Notes: generated by a model not told the origin, from the sequence alone. 47,162 bases of DNA from Planctomycetota bacterium (GCA_038213805.1 JBBQSO010000041.1:1-47162), one strand, 5' to 3'; numbered from the stretch's first letter, positions 1-15,696 are shown. Made by a program: numbers and translations.

Positions 1-175
1 CACCCATGCCTCGGTCCCTTCGCCCACGGCGATCAGGCCCGGCGAGCGCAGGGGTCAAGGGGGCCGGCAGAGCTACACGACGACTCTCGTTCTCCGTTCG
101 AATCAACCACCCGAGTCCGGGTTCCGCTTGACCAGCACACGCCCTTGCACACCCGAGATCCATCTTCCGCACGAT

Positions 176-204
176 CACTTCGCACTTCGCACTCCGCACC
201 TCCG
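176..204. repeat. Degenerate heptamer tandem repeat (CACTTCG/CACTCCG, ~4 units)
   Basis: cacttcg cacttcg cactccg cacctccg read directly, upstream of the glucosidase ATG. Confidence 0.6.
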
Positions 205-266
205 CCTCAGCCGGACCCTGTACCTTCCTGGATGGAAATCACCACAAACGCGGACAGGCTGTTTCC

Positions 267-3057
<2,791 letters not shown>

Positions 3058-3059
<2 letters not shown>

Positions 3060-3228
3060 GGGTCCGGAAGTCCGGAGGTCCGGAAGTCCGGAAGTCGGAA
3101 GCAAGGGTGGCTAAGCGCGGATGACGCGCAGCGACGACTCGGGGCGGTTGAGAGCCGGCGGGGCGGCAGGAACCGGCCGGTTGCCGGAAGGGCTGTCGAC
3201 TTCCGGACCTCCGGACTTCCGGACCCTC
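3058..3228. repeat. Octamer (TCCGGAAG/TCCGGAGG) repeat cassette with 31-bp perfect inverted arms
   Basis: 3058-3088 GAGGGTCCGGAAGTCCGGAGGTCCGGAAGTC is the exact reverse complement of 3198-3228. Confidence 0.9.
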
Positions 3229-3291
3229 TCCCCGTGCTTGTCCCGGGGGCCGACCCCCGTAGCGTCCGCGAGCTTTCCGCCGGAGACCCCC

Positions 3292-4437
3292 ATGCCCGCC
3301 CCGTCGATCACCGCCCGTCTCGCCTTCGCCGATGGCACGGTGTTCCGTGGGCGCAGCGTCGGGGCCGAGGGCACGGTGGGCGGCGAGGCGGTGTTCAACA
3401 CCGGCATGAGCGGCTACCAGGAGGTCCTCACCGACCCCAGCTACCGCGGCCAGGTCGTGACCATGACCTACCCCGAGATCGGCAACTATGGTGTCTCGGT
3501 CGAGGATATGGAAAGCGGGCGCGCCCAGGTCGCCGGCTTTGTCATGCGCCAGTGCTGCGACGTGCCCTCGAACTTCCGCGCCACCGAATCGCTGCCCGCC
3601 TTCCTTAAACGCTCTGGCATCGTCGCCATCGACGGCGTCGACACCCGCGCCATCACCCGCAAATTGCGCGTCGCGGGCGCAATGAACGCGCTGCTGACCA
3701 CCCGCGACCTCAGCGACGCCGAGCTGCTCACCCAGGTCCGCGCGTTGCCGTCGATGAGCGGCCTCGACCTGGCCAGCGGCGCCGGCACACAGGACGTCTA
3801 CACCTGGGACCAGGCGAGCAGCGCCAAGACCTTCGGCCAGGAGCTGCCTGCGCTGGCGCTGCCGCGGCAGCCGCACGTGGTCGCGATCGACTTCGGCATC
3901 AAGCGCAACATCCTGCGTCTGCTCGCGGCGAGCGGTTTCCGCGTCACCGTGGTCCCGGCCACGCATGCGGCCGCCGACATCCTCGCGCTGAAGCCCGATG
4001 GTGTGTTTCTCTCCAACGGACCCGGCGATCCCGCCGCGGTCACCGCCGGCATCGCCACCATCACGGCGCTGATAAAGACCGACGTGCCGGTGTTCGGCAT
4101 CTGCCTCGGCCACCAGCTGCTCGCCCTCGCATACGGTGCGAAGACCTACAAGTTGAAATTCGGCCATCGCGGCGCCAACCACCCGATCAAGCGCCTCGCC
4201 GACGGCGCGGTCGAGATCGCCAGCCACAACCACGGTTTCGCGGTCGACCCGCAGAGCCTGCCGGCCGGCGTGCGCATGAGCCACGTCAACCTCAACGACG
4301 CGACCTGCGCCGGCATCGAACACGAGACCCGCGCCCAGTTCAGCGTGCAGTACCACCCCGAGGCCAGCCCCGGGCCCACTGACCCGCTCTACCTGTTCGA
4401 GCGCTTCCGCGCGAGCATCGCCAAGCGCATGGGCTGA
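3292..4437 (+). CDS. carA: Carbamoyl-phosphate synthase small subunit
   Basis: GEAVFNTGMSGYQEVLTDPSY, LSNGPGDP, GICLGHQ, FGHRGANHP and SVQYHPEASPGP motifs; start set at ATG 3292 after a GGAG SD. Confidence 0.97.
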   Translation: MPAPSITARLAFADGTVFRGRSVGAEGTVGGEAVFNTGMSGYQEVLTDPSYRGQVVTMTYPEIGNYGVSVEDMESGRAQVAGFVMRQCCDVPSNFRATESLPAFLKRSGIVAIDGVDTRAITRKLRVAGAMNALLTTRDLSDAELLTQVRALPSMSGLDLASGAGTQDVYTWDQASSAKTFGQELPALALPRQPHVVAIDFGIKRNILRLLAASGFRVTVVPATHAAADILALKPDGVFLSNGPGDPAAVTAGIATITALIKTDVPVFGICLGHQLLALAYGAKTYKLKFGHRGANHPIKRLADGAVEIASHNHGFAVDPQSLPAGVRMSHVNLNDATCAGIEHETRAQFSVQYHPEASPGPTDPLYLFERFRASIAKRMG

Positions 4438-4444
4438 CGCGTCC

Positions 4445-5716
4445 GTGGCTGAACCCGTCCGCGACGACCATTTCCTGCCCGTGCGCCGCGCCGACCTGGT
4501 GCGGCGGCTGCTCGCCGACCCGCTGGTGCCGGTGGCGGAGCGCGCCGGCATCGCCCAGGTGTGCGCCGCGCTCGGCGACCTGCTGCATCTCGAGACCCGC
4601 CGCCGCGCCGAGCGCCTCAAGGAGCTCTACGCGCCGCTGGACCCCAACCGCGACACCAGCGGCGTGGCCGCACCCGTCGCGCCCGTCGACCAGGACCAGC
4701 CGCCCGGCGATCACCACGACACCGGCGCCGATTTTTCGGGTGCGCTCGGCGGGCTGCTCGAGCGCGCGAACTACCGGCGCATCAGCGACGAGGAGCTTGA
4801 GCGCGCCTACCGCACCGAATCGGTGTTCCGTGTCCGCCTGCACACCCGCCTCGACGATTTCGCCGAACTCGCCCTGCACCGCCGCGGCCTGCGCCGCCGC
4901 CAGGAGCGCGTGCCGCGCTGGTTCGGACTGCGCTCGCGCCCGCTCGAGGTCGACTACTTCGAGCGCGTGGTGATGCACGTGCGCTTCCAGGATGCGGACC
5001 ACTTCGACGCCAAACGCCGCGCCAAACTGGCGTTCAAGCCCGGCACCACGGTCTTGAAGCTGTTCGAGAACATCCCGGTCGCCGACCTTGAGATGATCTT
5101 CCCGAACAGCGAGGTGCGCATGCGCCTCAGTGACCAGCTCGTGCTCGGCGTGCCGGCCCTGCTCGGCGGCTTCACCATCCTCGCCAACCTCGGCACGACC
5201 CTGCTGTTCGTCGCCGGCATGGTGCTCGCCTGGCTCGGCGTACGCAATCAGACCGCCACCGTCACCCACGCCGAACTGGTCGCGCTCGGCGCCTCGCTTT
5301 TCACCCTGGCGATCTTCGTGACGCGCCAGCTTGCGCGCCTGCGCTTCCGCCGCCTGCAGTTCTTCAAGATGCTGGCCGACAGCCTCTACTACCGCAATCT
5401 CGACAACAACGCCGGCGTCCTGCACCACCTGCTCGACACCGCCGAGGAGGAGGAGATCAAGGAGGCGGTCCTCGCGTATGTCTTCCTGCGTTGCCACGGC
5501 GCCTGCCGCGAGGGCGACCTCGACGCCACCATCGAATCCTGGTTCGCCACCGCCCTCGGCCTGACCGTCGACTTCGAGGTCGACGATGCCGTGGCCAAGC
5601 TCGAGCGCCTCGGCGTCGCCAGCCAGCAGGATGGGATCTGGACGGCGCTGGCGCCGGACGCGGCGTTCTCCGCGCTGCGCACGCAGTGGAGCGGTGGACT
5701 GGCTTGTGGGGAATGA
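4445..5716 (+). CDS. DUF3754/TMEM143-like membrane protein
   Basis: LKLFENIPVADLEMIFP, two central hydrophobic helices, LYYRNLDNNAGV, AEEEEIKEAVLAY and VDFEVDDAVAKL; GTG start 7 nt after the carA stop. Confidence 0.8.
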   Translation: MAEPVRDDHFLPVRRADLVRRLLADPLVPVAERAGIAQVCAALGDLLHLETRRRAERLKELYAPLDPNRDTSGVAAPVAPVDQDQPPGDHHDTGADFSGALGGLLERANYRRISDEELERAYRTESVFRVRLHTRLDDFAELALHRRGLRRRQERVPRWFGLRSRPLEVDYFERVVMHVRFQDADHFDAKRRAKLAFKPGTTVLKLFENIPVADLEMIFPNSEVRMRLSDQLVLGVPALLGGFTILANLGTTLLFVAGMVLAWLGVRNQTATVTHAELVALGASLFTLAIFVTRQLARLRFRRLQFFKMLADSLYYRNLDNNAGVLHHLLDTAEEEEIKEAVLAYVFLRCHGACREGDLDATIESWFATALGLTVDFEVDDAVAKLERLGVASQQDGIWTALAPDAAFSALRTQWSGGLACGE

Positions 5717-5722
5717 GGGTGT

Positions 5723-5754
5723 TGGCTGATGGCTGATGGCTGATGGCTGATGGC
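5723..5754. repeat. Heptamer tandem repeat TGGCTGA x4.5
   Basis: Read directly; reverse complement of the ATCAGCC array at 5932-6008. Confidence 0.95.
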
Positions 5755-5882
5755 CGGGTGCTGCCGGAACACGACGACGCAACCGCTTGATGAGCGCCAA
5801 AAATCTGGGAATGTCGTGTTCACCAGAAACAGCTGCCTGCAGGCACGCACCTTTCCACCTCCATTCCCCTTTTGCACACTTA

Positions 5883-6008
5883 GTCCGCCGTCCGCCGTCC
5901 GCCGTCCTCCGTCCTCCGTCCGCTGTCAGCCATCAGCCATCAGCCATCAGCCATCAGCCATCAGCCATCAGCCATCAGCCATCAGCCATCAGCCATCAGC
6001 CATCAGCC
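5883..6008. repeat. 18 in-phase heptamer units (GTCCGCC x3, GTCCTCC x2, GTCCGCT, GTCAGCC, ATCAGCC x11)
   Basis: Counted directly: 126 bp = 18 x 7. Confidence 0.97.
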
Positions 6009-6012
6009 AATC

Positions 6013-7566
6013 CTACCATTCCCCGATCACCACCGTGCAATCATCCTCCAGATGGAAGCTGCCGTGGTGGTCGCAGGCCGCGCTGACCAGGTCGCCGACG
6101 CAGCGGTCGAGCGACTTGCTGGCCCCGGAGACCAGCAGGCGGGTGAGGCGCTCGACGCCGAACGTCACGTCGCCGCGTGCGGCCTCGACCAGGCCGTCGG
6201 TGTAGAGACAGATGCGGTCGCCGCGCGCCAGGGTGATGTGGCGGTCGGCGAGCTTGTTGGCGAACATGTCGTGCATGGCCATGCCGAGCATGCCCGGCAC
6301 CGGATCGAGCGCGACCAGCGACCGGTCGTGCCCGCGCAGGACGTAGGCCGGCGGCTGGCCAAGGTTGCACCAAGTGACCTCGCCGCGCGGCCCGACCTGC
6401 GCGACCATGGCGGTGAAGAACATGGTGCTCGGCATCTCACCCTTGAACAGGTCGTCGAGCGCGAGCAGGAAGGTGCGCGGCCCGAGGCCGAGGGGATGCA
6501 GGGTCTTGCAGAAGGCCTTGAGCATGGCCAGCGCCAGCGCGCAGGGCAGGCCCTTGCCGCACACGTCCGCCACCACCCAGGTCACGCCCAGCGAGGATTC
6601 GTGGACGTCGTAGAAGTCGCCGCCCAGCTCGATCGCGGGCTGGTGGTGCAGCGCCCAGCGCATCGGGCTGCGCAGGTTGGAGGGGGTCTTGGTGAGGATC
6701 TGCGCCTGCAGCCGGCGCGAAGCCAGGAAGTCGTGCTCGCCGAGCAGTTGGCGCGCCTCGAGCCGGCGGCGAACGTCGCGCGCGCAGACCGGTTCCAAGG
6801 CGCGCACCAGGACCTCGAGCACCGGCAGCTGGCGGGCGTCGAGCGCCCCGGGCTCCTCGTGGTTGTCGGCCAGCACCACCGCCACCGGCGTGATGCCGGC
6901 GTGGACTACTGCGCCGACCACGGCGCTGTCGGCATCCTCCTCGATGAGCAGCGCGCGGTGCCCGCCTTCGAGCACGCGCCGCGCATGGGCGACGCCGAGA
7001 TGACTGGTCGGGGTGCCCTGGCGTGAACAGCTGAAGGATTCGGCCGGCCGGCCGTCGCTGTCGATCGTGACCAGGGTCAGGCGCGAGGCGGGCAGCGCGG
7101 CGAACAGTGCGGCCAGCGCGCGTGGCACCAGCTGCTCGTCCTCCTCGGCGAGCACGCGCTCCAGGGCCAGCATGCTCATCAGCACGCCCTGGTAGACGGC
7201 CGGGGTGCCGAGGTCGGGCAGCGCGGCGGTGCGCTGCGCGATGACGGCGCGGCGCACGCCGGAGTCGTCGTCCTCGATGCCCTCGATGCGGAAAGCGCAG
7301 CCGCCGACCACCACCACGTCCCACAGTGCGAGGTCGGCGCGGCCGGTGGCGCGGCCATTGACGTAGACGCCATTGACCGCGCCGAGGGTGGCGAGCAGCA
7401 GACGACCACTCTGCAGGTCGAGGCGCGCGTGCACCGGGCTGAGGTCGCTCTCGCGCAGGCAGATCTCGCACTCGGCGTCCCGCCCGATGCGTACCGGACG
7501 GTCGGTGGCGACGCGGAAGGCGTGGCCCTTGAGGGCGCCGGACAGGAAACGCAGCGAGGCGGCCAT
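6013..7566 (-). CDS. FHA-GAF-like-PP2C (SpoIIE/RsbU-type) protein phosphatase
   Basis: N-terminal FHA (IGRD...SPVHA...NGVYVNG); C-terminal PP2C motifs GGDFYD, ADVCGKG, YTDGLVE and DDCT. Confidence 0.9.
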   Translation of the reverse strand: MAASLRFLSGALKGHAFRVATDRPVRIGRDAECEICLRESDLSPVHARLDLQSGRLLLATLGAVNGVYVNGRATGRADLALWDVVVVGGCAFRIEGIEDDDSGVRRAVIAQRTAALPDLGTPAVYQGVLMSMLALERVLAEEDEQLVPRALAALFAALPASRLTLVTIDSDGRPAESFSCSRQGTPTSHLGVAHARRVLEGGHRALLIEEDADSAVVGAVVHAGITPVAVVLADNHEEPGALDARQLPVLEVLVRALEPVCARDVRRRLEARQLLGEHDFLASRRLQAQILTKTPSNLRSPMRWALHHQPAIELGGDFYDVHESSLGVTWVVADVCGKGLPCALALAMLKAFCKTLHPLGLGPRTFLLALDDLFKGEMPSTMFFTAMVAQVGPRGEVTWCNLGQPPAYVLRGHDRSLVALDPVPGMLGMAMHDMFANKLADRHITLARGDRICLYTDGLVEAARGDVTFGVERLTRLLVSGASKSLDRCVGDLVSAACDHHGSFHLEDDCTVVIGEW

Positions 7567-7987
7567 TCAGGGGCCCGGTTCCGGGAGGTGACGGCGGGTG
7601 CGAACGGTCGCCGCCTGGGGCCGCGCGGGGCGCACGTCGCGAGCCACCTGGTCGCGGGCGCGGTAATTACCAGGGACCACGTATGCAGCGCAGGTCCGTG
7701 CAGACCGGAAGGCGGGAAATACCTGGACGGATCGCGGCACGGGATGCTCCGTAGAGTGGATGACCTGCGGCCTGACGGTTGTCAAGCGTTAGGGCCCCGC
7801 AGCGGGCTGCTTTCACCGCCTTCTGCCATCCTGGACCCAGCCCGGGGCTATCGCCCTTGCGCCCCGGTCCTTCCCTCTAGCCTTGCGCGAGTTTTTGCCT
7901 TCCCGGCGGTGCCGGGGCTTCCGCTTCGGAGGCCTGCGGGCGAAGCCGGATGGCCCCGGCGCGAGCCGCGGAAACCCTGGAAGACCA

Positions 7988-11284
<3,297 letters not shown>

Positions 11285-11303
11285 GCGGCGGCGGGCCGCC
11301 GGC

Positions 11304-11540
11304 ATGGGCATCCTCGGCTTCCTGCTGATGCTCATCGCGCCGCCCGTCCTGGCGGTGTTGCTGGCCTTTGTCCAGCTCGGCGTCTATCACGGGCTCGCGC
11401 GCCTCGGCGTGCTGCGGCGTGCGGCCATCCCGATGTTCCTGATCCTGTGGTTGCGCGGGATGATCGCGGTGGTGGCTTTCGCGGCGGTGATGGGCATCTG
11501 GCAGAATATCGCAGGCAACGGCAGCGCGAACCCGCACTGA
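11304..11540 (+). CDS. Small hypothetical membrane protein (2 predicted TM helices)
   Basis: 78 aa, two long hydrophobic stretches, GC3-biased codons, 19 nt after carB. Confidence 0.65.
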   Translation: MGILGFLLMLIAPPVLAVLLAFVQLGVYHGLARLGVLRRAAIPMFLILWLRGMIAVVAFAAVMGIWQNIAGNGSANPH

Positions 11541-11663
11541 GCGCCGGCCGCGGCCGGCCGCTGGCAAAGAGCGCAGCCGCGCGCACCCGGCCTTCCGGGA
11601 TGCGCGCGGCTGCGCGGGGATGCGGGCGTGGTCATGCCACGCCGCGTCGACATGCTGATTCGT

Positions 11664-13442
11664 TCAGTGCACCGTCAGGCGCGGCCGGAAGCGGATGGTC
11701 AGCGCCGGCTTGTTATTCGCGAAAAGTTCCAGCGCACGCTTGCGCGCCAAGATCTCATTGATGATGAAGGGCGCGCCGCCCGCCGGGTCGGCCACGGTCT
11801 GCGGCCCTTCGGTGAGGAACTTCGACAGCAGGACCGGCTGGCCCACCGCGGCCGGCTTGATGTGGGTGAAGACTGTCTCGGCGTTTTTCCCGTGGCAGCC
11901 GTTGCAGGTCTGCAGCGAGAACTGGTGGCGGGCCTCGCGGTCGACGACATTGGTGAACAGCCAGGAGTCGGGCGTGCCGAGACTGGGGAAGCCGCCGTTC
12001 ACCGCCGAAGCTCCGAGCAGCGGCTGGTCGGTGGCCGGCAGCCGGTCTGGCACGGTGTGCAGGTTGGCCTTCACCGCCGCGGCGTTGGCGTTGATCCAGT
12101 CACCCAGCGCGAGGTTGCCGGGCGAGCCCGGGGTGATGTAGGTGGCACGGTCGGGATTCTGCTTCACCGTCACCTCCTCAAGCATGCCGCCCTCGTCGTA
12201 GTCGCTGTCGCTCAGGCGGAACTCGCGCAGTTCCCAGGGCTTGATCGGGCTGCTGATCAGACCGATGGCGATCTCATCGGTGCGCAGCTGGTTGAGAGCG
12301 CTGCCATTGGGCTTGGACGGCTCGGCGTCGCGCCCGGCGAAGATCTCGGTGATGCGCTCCAGGCGTCGGTTGAACTCGGGCGTACCGGGCACGAAGTCGT
12401 TGAGCTTCAGCCAGCGCCTGGCCCAGTGGTGACGCGCCGATGCGGTATGGCGCGGGATACCGTACTCGAGGATGACGGTGAACTGCAGGGCCTGGGTGTT
12501 GTCAGCGGGATTGACCACGGCGAAGACGAAGCGGCCTTCGCCGCTGCTGCCATTGCCATAGACCAGGTTGCCGGCCAGGTCGATGCGGTTGGTGATGGCG
12601 AGCAGGCGCAGCGGTGCGCGGTCGATGTCGAGGCGGCCGTCCGGCAGCTTGGGCCAGCTGTCGACGATGGTCTGCATCTGCGGGCGGGCTGGCGCCGCGA
12701 AGCTGTTGACGGTCTGGTCGACCTGCCAGCTGTCCAGCCAATGGCGCACGAACGCAGCAGGGTCGATGCCGGTCTTCGGCTGGTTGACCATTTCGCGGAT
12801 GAGGTGGCCGAAGGTCCACGCGCCGTTGGGATTCAGGCGGCCGGCGCCAGGATCCGAAGTGCGCAGCGGATCGGCGATCACGCCCGGATCGGTGATGATC
12901 AGGGTGCGGTCGACCTTGATGAAGGCGAGCTCGGCCTCGGTCTTTTCGGGCAGGTGCCAGGTATAGCGCGGGCGCGCCATCTTCCGGGCGCCGGCGGCCA
13001 CCGGCGCATCTTCGTCCTGATCGTCGTCGGTGAGATCGACCGCGGCGGTGAAGATGCCGTCTCCAGCGCGGTCATCGCCGTCGAGTCCGTCGTCGTGCAG
13101 CAGAAGGTCGTGGCCATCGATCTTGAGCCGGAAGGCCTGACCCTGGGGCCGCTTGCTGAAGGTGACTATGACCTTGTCGCTGCCGGGCGTAGCACCGGGA
13201 ATGGCGATGATGTCCTTGATCTGCGGCGGGTTGAAGCGCGGATCATTCTGCTTCACCACCTGGGGCGCATTGCCCGGGCGGAAGAGCACGTCGTCGCCCG
13301 CGGCCATCGCACCGGCCGCGGCCGCGGCGGCGTCGCCGTCGAGCTTGGCGGGCAGCGGATGCTGCGCATCCTCCGCCAGCGCCTGCGTTGTGAGGGTCAT
13401 GGTAAATAGCACACATGAAAGAATGCGGGCGCGCAGGGCCAT
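11664..13442 (-). CDS. Secreted protein with a choice-of-anchor-X-like Asp-rich domain and a C-terminal CxxCH (putative c-type heme) motif
   Basis: Signal-peptide-like MALRARILSCVLFTMTLTTQALA; LHDDGLDGDDRAGDGIFTA; FSLQTCNGCH at 11892-11906; GAGGAAG SD upstream. Confidence 0.75.
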   Translation of the reverse strand: MALRARILSCVLFTMTLTTQALAEDAQHPLPAKLDGDAAAAAAGAMAAGDDVLFRPGNAPQVVKQNDPRFNPPQIKDIIAIPGATPGSDKVIVTFSKRPQGQAFRLKIDGHDLLLHDDGLDGDDRAGDGIFTAAVDLTDDDQDEDAPVAAGARKMARPRYTWHLPEKTEAELAFIKVDRTLIITDPGVIADPLRTSDPGAGRLNPNGAWTFGHLIREMVNQPKTGIDPAAFVRHWLDSWQVDQTVNSFAAPARPQMQTIVDSWPKLPDGRLDIDRAPLRLLAITNRIDLAGNLVYGNGSSGEGRFVFAVVNPADNTQALQFTVILEYGIPRHTASARHHWARRWLKLNDFVPGTPEFNRRLERITEIFAGRDAEPSKPNGSALNQLRTDEIAIGLISSPIKPWELREFRLSDSDYDEGGMLEEVTVKQNPDRATYITPGSPGNLALGDWINANAAAVKANLHTVPDRLPATDQPLLGASAVNGGFPSLGTPDSWLFTNVVDREARHQFSLQTCNGCHGKNAETVFTHIKPAAVGQPVLLSKFLTEGPQTVADPAGGAPFIINEILARKRALELFANNKPALTIRFRPRLTVH

Positions 13443-13556
13443 AGAACTTCCTCTAGGAACTTCCGGTGGGTGGAAAGGAGACCCACCGACGATACCGGCA
13501 AGGAATTCCACCGCAAGCGTGGCAATCCCTCCGTGTGGAGAGATCGCTCCTGCGCG

Positions 13557-13573
13557 CTGGCACGTTCACTGCA
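13557..13573 (+). promoter_or_regulatory. Sigma54-type -24/-12 motif CTGGCACGTTCACTGCA (antisense orientation)
   Basis: GG-N10-GC spacing and a close match to YTGGCACG-N4-TTGCW, in an intergenic position. Confidence 0.5.
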
Positions 13574-13609
13574 TTACTGAAAACGCCGTTCCTCAGCCCG
13601 TCGCTGCGC

Positions 13610-15448
13610 TCATTCGTATTGCACGGCGTCCAGATAGAAAACCACCGGCTTGTCCGTGCCGCCGACCGTCCAATAGAACCCGCTCTTGATGCGCGCCAGA
13701 TCGCGGTCGCCGAGTTCGATGGTGTACTGCTTCCACTCCGTGGTCAGAGTCACCGCCAAGTCCTTCTTCGTGGTGTCGTAGAAGCGCGTGGTGGTGTCGA
13801 TCATGCCCACGCCGACCTTGACCTGCTCGCCGCCAGCGTGGCCGCGCGCCCAGAAGGTCAGCCTGGTCGCGCCGCTGAGATCGAAGCCGCCCGGCAACTT
13901 GCCCCAGTCGTTGGCCGGGTTCTGCCACACCGTGCCGCCCCAGCCGCCGGCCTTGGTAAAAGCGACCCGCAAGCAGGTGCCGCCCGCCTGGCGCGGATTC
14001 TCGCTGCACGCGGGGTCCATGGTGATCGCGTCGTGATCGCCCATGTAACCGGAGGGCGCCCAATGCGGGCTCTCGCCCTTGGCGTAGACCACCGCCGGCA
14101 GGTCGAGTTTGCGCGCGCGTGGCGGCAGCACTGGGCCGTCGACGCGCAGCGTGGCGTTGGCCAGGGCGGCGCCACCGTGGTCGTCACGCACCAGCGCGGT
14201 GATGCGGTAGATGCCGCCGCCTTCGGGCATGCGCAGCAGCGCGCCCGTGAGGTCGCCGCGCAGCACCGCCTCGGGAATCGGGATGGGCTCCGGCGCCGCC
14301 TCGCCGGCGGTGTCGTATTCGGGTTGCTCCTGCACCACCGTCCAGCGTGCCGTGAGCGGGTCGTGCTCGGGATCGGCGACCGTCAGTGTCGCCTCGACCA
14401 GTGCGCCCGGCTTGATCAGTTGCGGGCCGGCCAGGGTGAGCGGCTGGATCTGCGGGCAGCGGTTCGCCAACGGGGCGCCGGTCCAGACCGCGCCGAGCTG
14501 GTCGGCGGCTTCCAGGCGGGCGCCCTCTGCCGTCAGCATGCCGAACCAGGTGGCGGTCGCCTCGACCTTGGCGCCCCAGGTGAAGGCGATCGCGCCCAGA
14601 CACAGGTCATGGTCCTTGCGCAGACTCTCCCAGGTGGCGCGGTAGAGCGCGCCCTTGGCGGTGCTGGTCAGCTCGTCGACCGCGCCGATGGCGTTGCGCG
14701 GAATCTCCCACGTTCCGGGCGGGCCATACTCGGTGACCAGGTAGGGCTTGGTGCCGCCGGCCTTGCGGTAGCGCTCGGGCAGAGACGGAGCGCCGCCGTA
14801 GCTGTTGATGCCGACGATGTCGATGTCCGGGCACAGGCTGTGGATCAGCGGTACGCGCTTGCCGCCGATCTCGGCCACGGTGGTCAGGGTGGGATGGCCG
14901 GGGTCGACCTCGTGAACCATCTTCGCGACGTCCTCGATGCCGCGCCAGATCGCCTCGTTGCCGCCGTCCTTGTAGCCCTCCATCTCATTGCCCAGGCCCC
15001 AGGCGAGCAACGCCGGGTGGTCCTTGAAGGCGAGCACCGCGGCCTTGGCCTCGGCAAGCTGCTTGGCGACCATCGCCGCATCGCTCCAGTTGAAACCGTG
15101 GCGCTCGTGGCCCAGCCAGATGCCGACCACCACCGCCAGGCCGTGGCGCTGCGCCTCGTCGAGATAGGCGCGGGTGTCCTTGCCGATGCCCCAGGTGCGC
15201 TCGGTGTTGCCACCGATCCGCGCCAGCACGTCGAGCGCGGTGCCGCCACCGGCGCCCTGCACCAGCCACGGCTTGCCGTCGCGCAGCAGCTGCCACGCGC
15301 TGCCGCTTTTCGCGAGCGCGACGGGGACGGGCTGGTCGGCCGCGCGCAGGGGGGCGGCGAGGGTGCTCGTGAACAGTGCGAGGCACAAGGCGCGGGACAC
15401 GACGCACGGGAAGAGGTTGGAGAGCAGCTGGTGGCGAGCGGTGATCAT
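13610..15448 (-). CDS. Secreted clan GH-A TIM-barrel glycoside hydrolase (GH2-like/GH158-like) with an Ig-like domain and a C-terminal CBM-like domain
   Basis: Signal peptide; GGNTERTWG, WGLGNEME (acid/base), GINSYG, YLVTEYG (nucleophile); C-terminal PSGYMGD...WQNPANDWG...DLSGATRLTFWARG module. Confidence 0.8.
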   Translation of the reverse strand: MITARHQLLSNLFPCVVSRALCLALFTSTLAAPLRAADQPVPVALAKSGSAWQLLRDGKPWLVQGAGGGTALDVLARIGGNTERTWGIGKDTRAYLDEAQRHGLAVVVGIWLGHERHGFNWSDAAMVAKQLAEAKAAVLAFKDHPALLAWGLGNEMEGYKDGGNEAIWRGIEDVAKMVHEVDPGHPTLTTVAEIGGKRVPLIHSLCPDIDIVGINSYGGAPSLPERYRKAGGTKPYLVTEYGPPGTWEIPRNAIGAVDELTSTAKGALYRATWESLRKDHDLCLGAIAFTWGAKVEATATWFGMLTAEGARLEAADQLGAVWTGAPLANRCPQIQPLTLAGPQLIKPGALVEATLTVADPEHDPLTARWTVVQEQPEYDTAGEAAPEPIPIPEAVLRGDLTGALLRMPEGGGIYRITALVRDDHGGAALANATLRVDGPVLPPRARKLDLPAVVYAKGESPHWAPSGYMGDHDAITMDPACSENPRQAGGTCLRVAFTKAGGWGGTVWQNPANDWGKLPGGFDLSGATRLTFWARGHAGGEQVKVGVGMIDTTTRFYDTTKKDLAVTLTTEWKQYTIELGDRDLARIKSGFYWTVGGTDKPVVFYLDAVQYE

Positions 15449-15696
15449 GGACGTCCTTGGGCGGGGTGCGGCGGGCGCGGGGTCGTCACCATAACGCCTT
15501 CGGGAAGGGGTGCTGTGACCCGTCGCGGAGGCATTCCGTGGGCAAACCGTGCTGGGGCCGTGGACGGAATGTACCATTGGATTTATGGGGGTGCCTAGCC
15601 GGCAACGGTCCATCTTCTCGGATCGCCGAGCTGCACCCGGCACGATGGCCGAGTGCACCTCGGCGATCCCGGGAAGAAGCGCTCGAGCCCGCTGGC

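Noticed and set aside
3121..3291. N-terminal extensions in the ORF track (carA, carB, der, dnaB, kinase, GH-A hydrolase, SASA)
   Set aside because: They run through repeats or neighbouring genes; family homology starts at the downstream ATGs used here.
5723..6008. CRISPR array
   Set aside because: Units are 7-nt contiguous repeats with no unique spacers, and there are no cas genes in the window.
5750..6205. ORFs with SHQPSAI peptide repeats (also 23865-24083)
   Set aside because: They are translations of the heptamer arrays and overlap real genes on the opposite strand.
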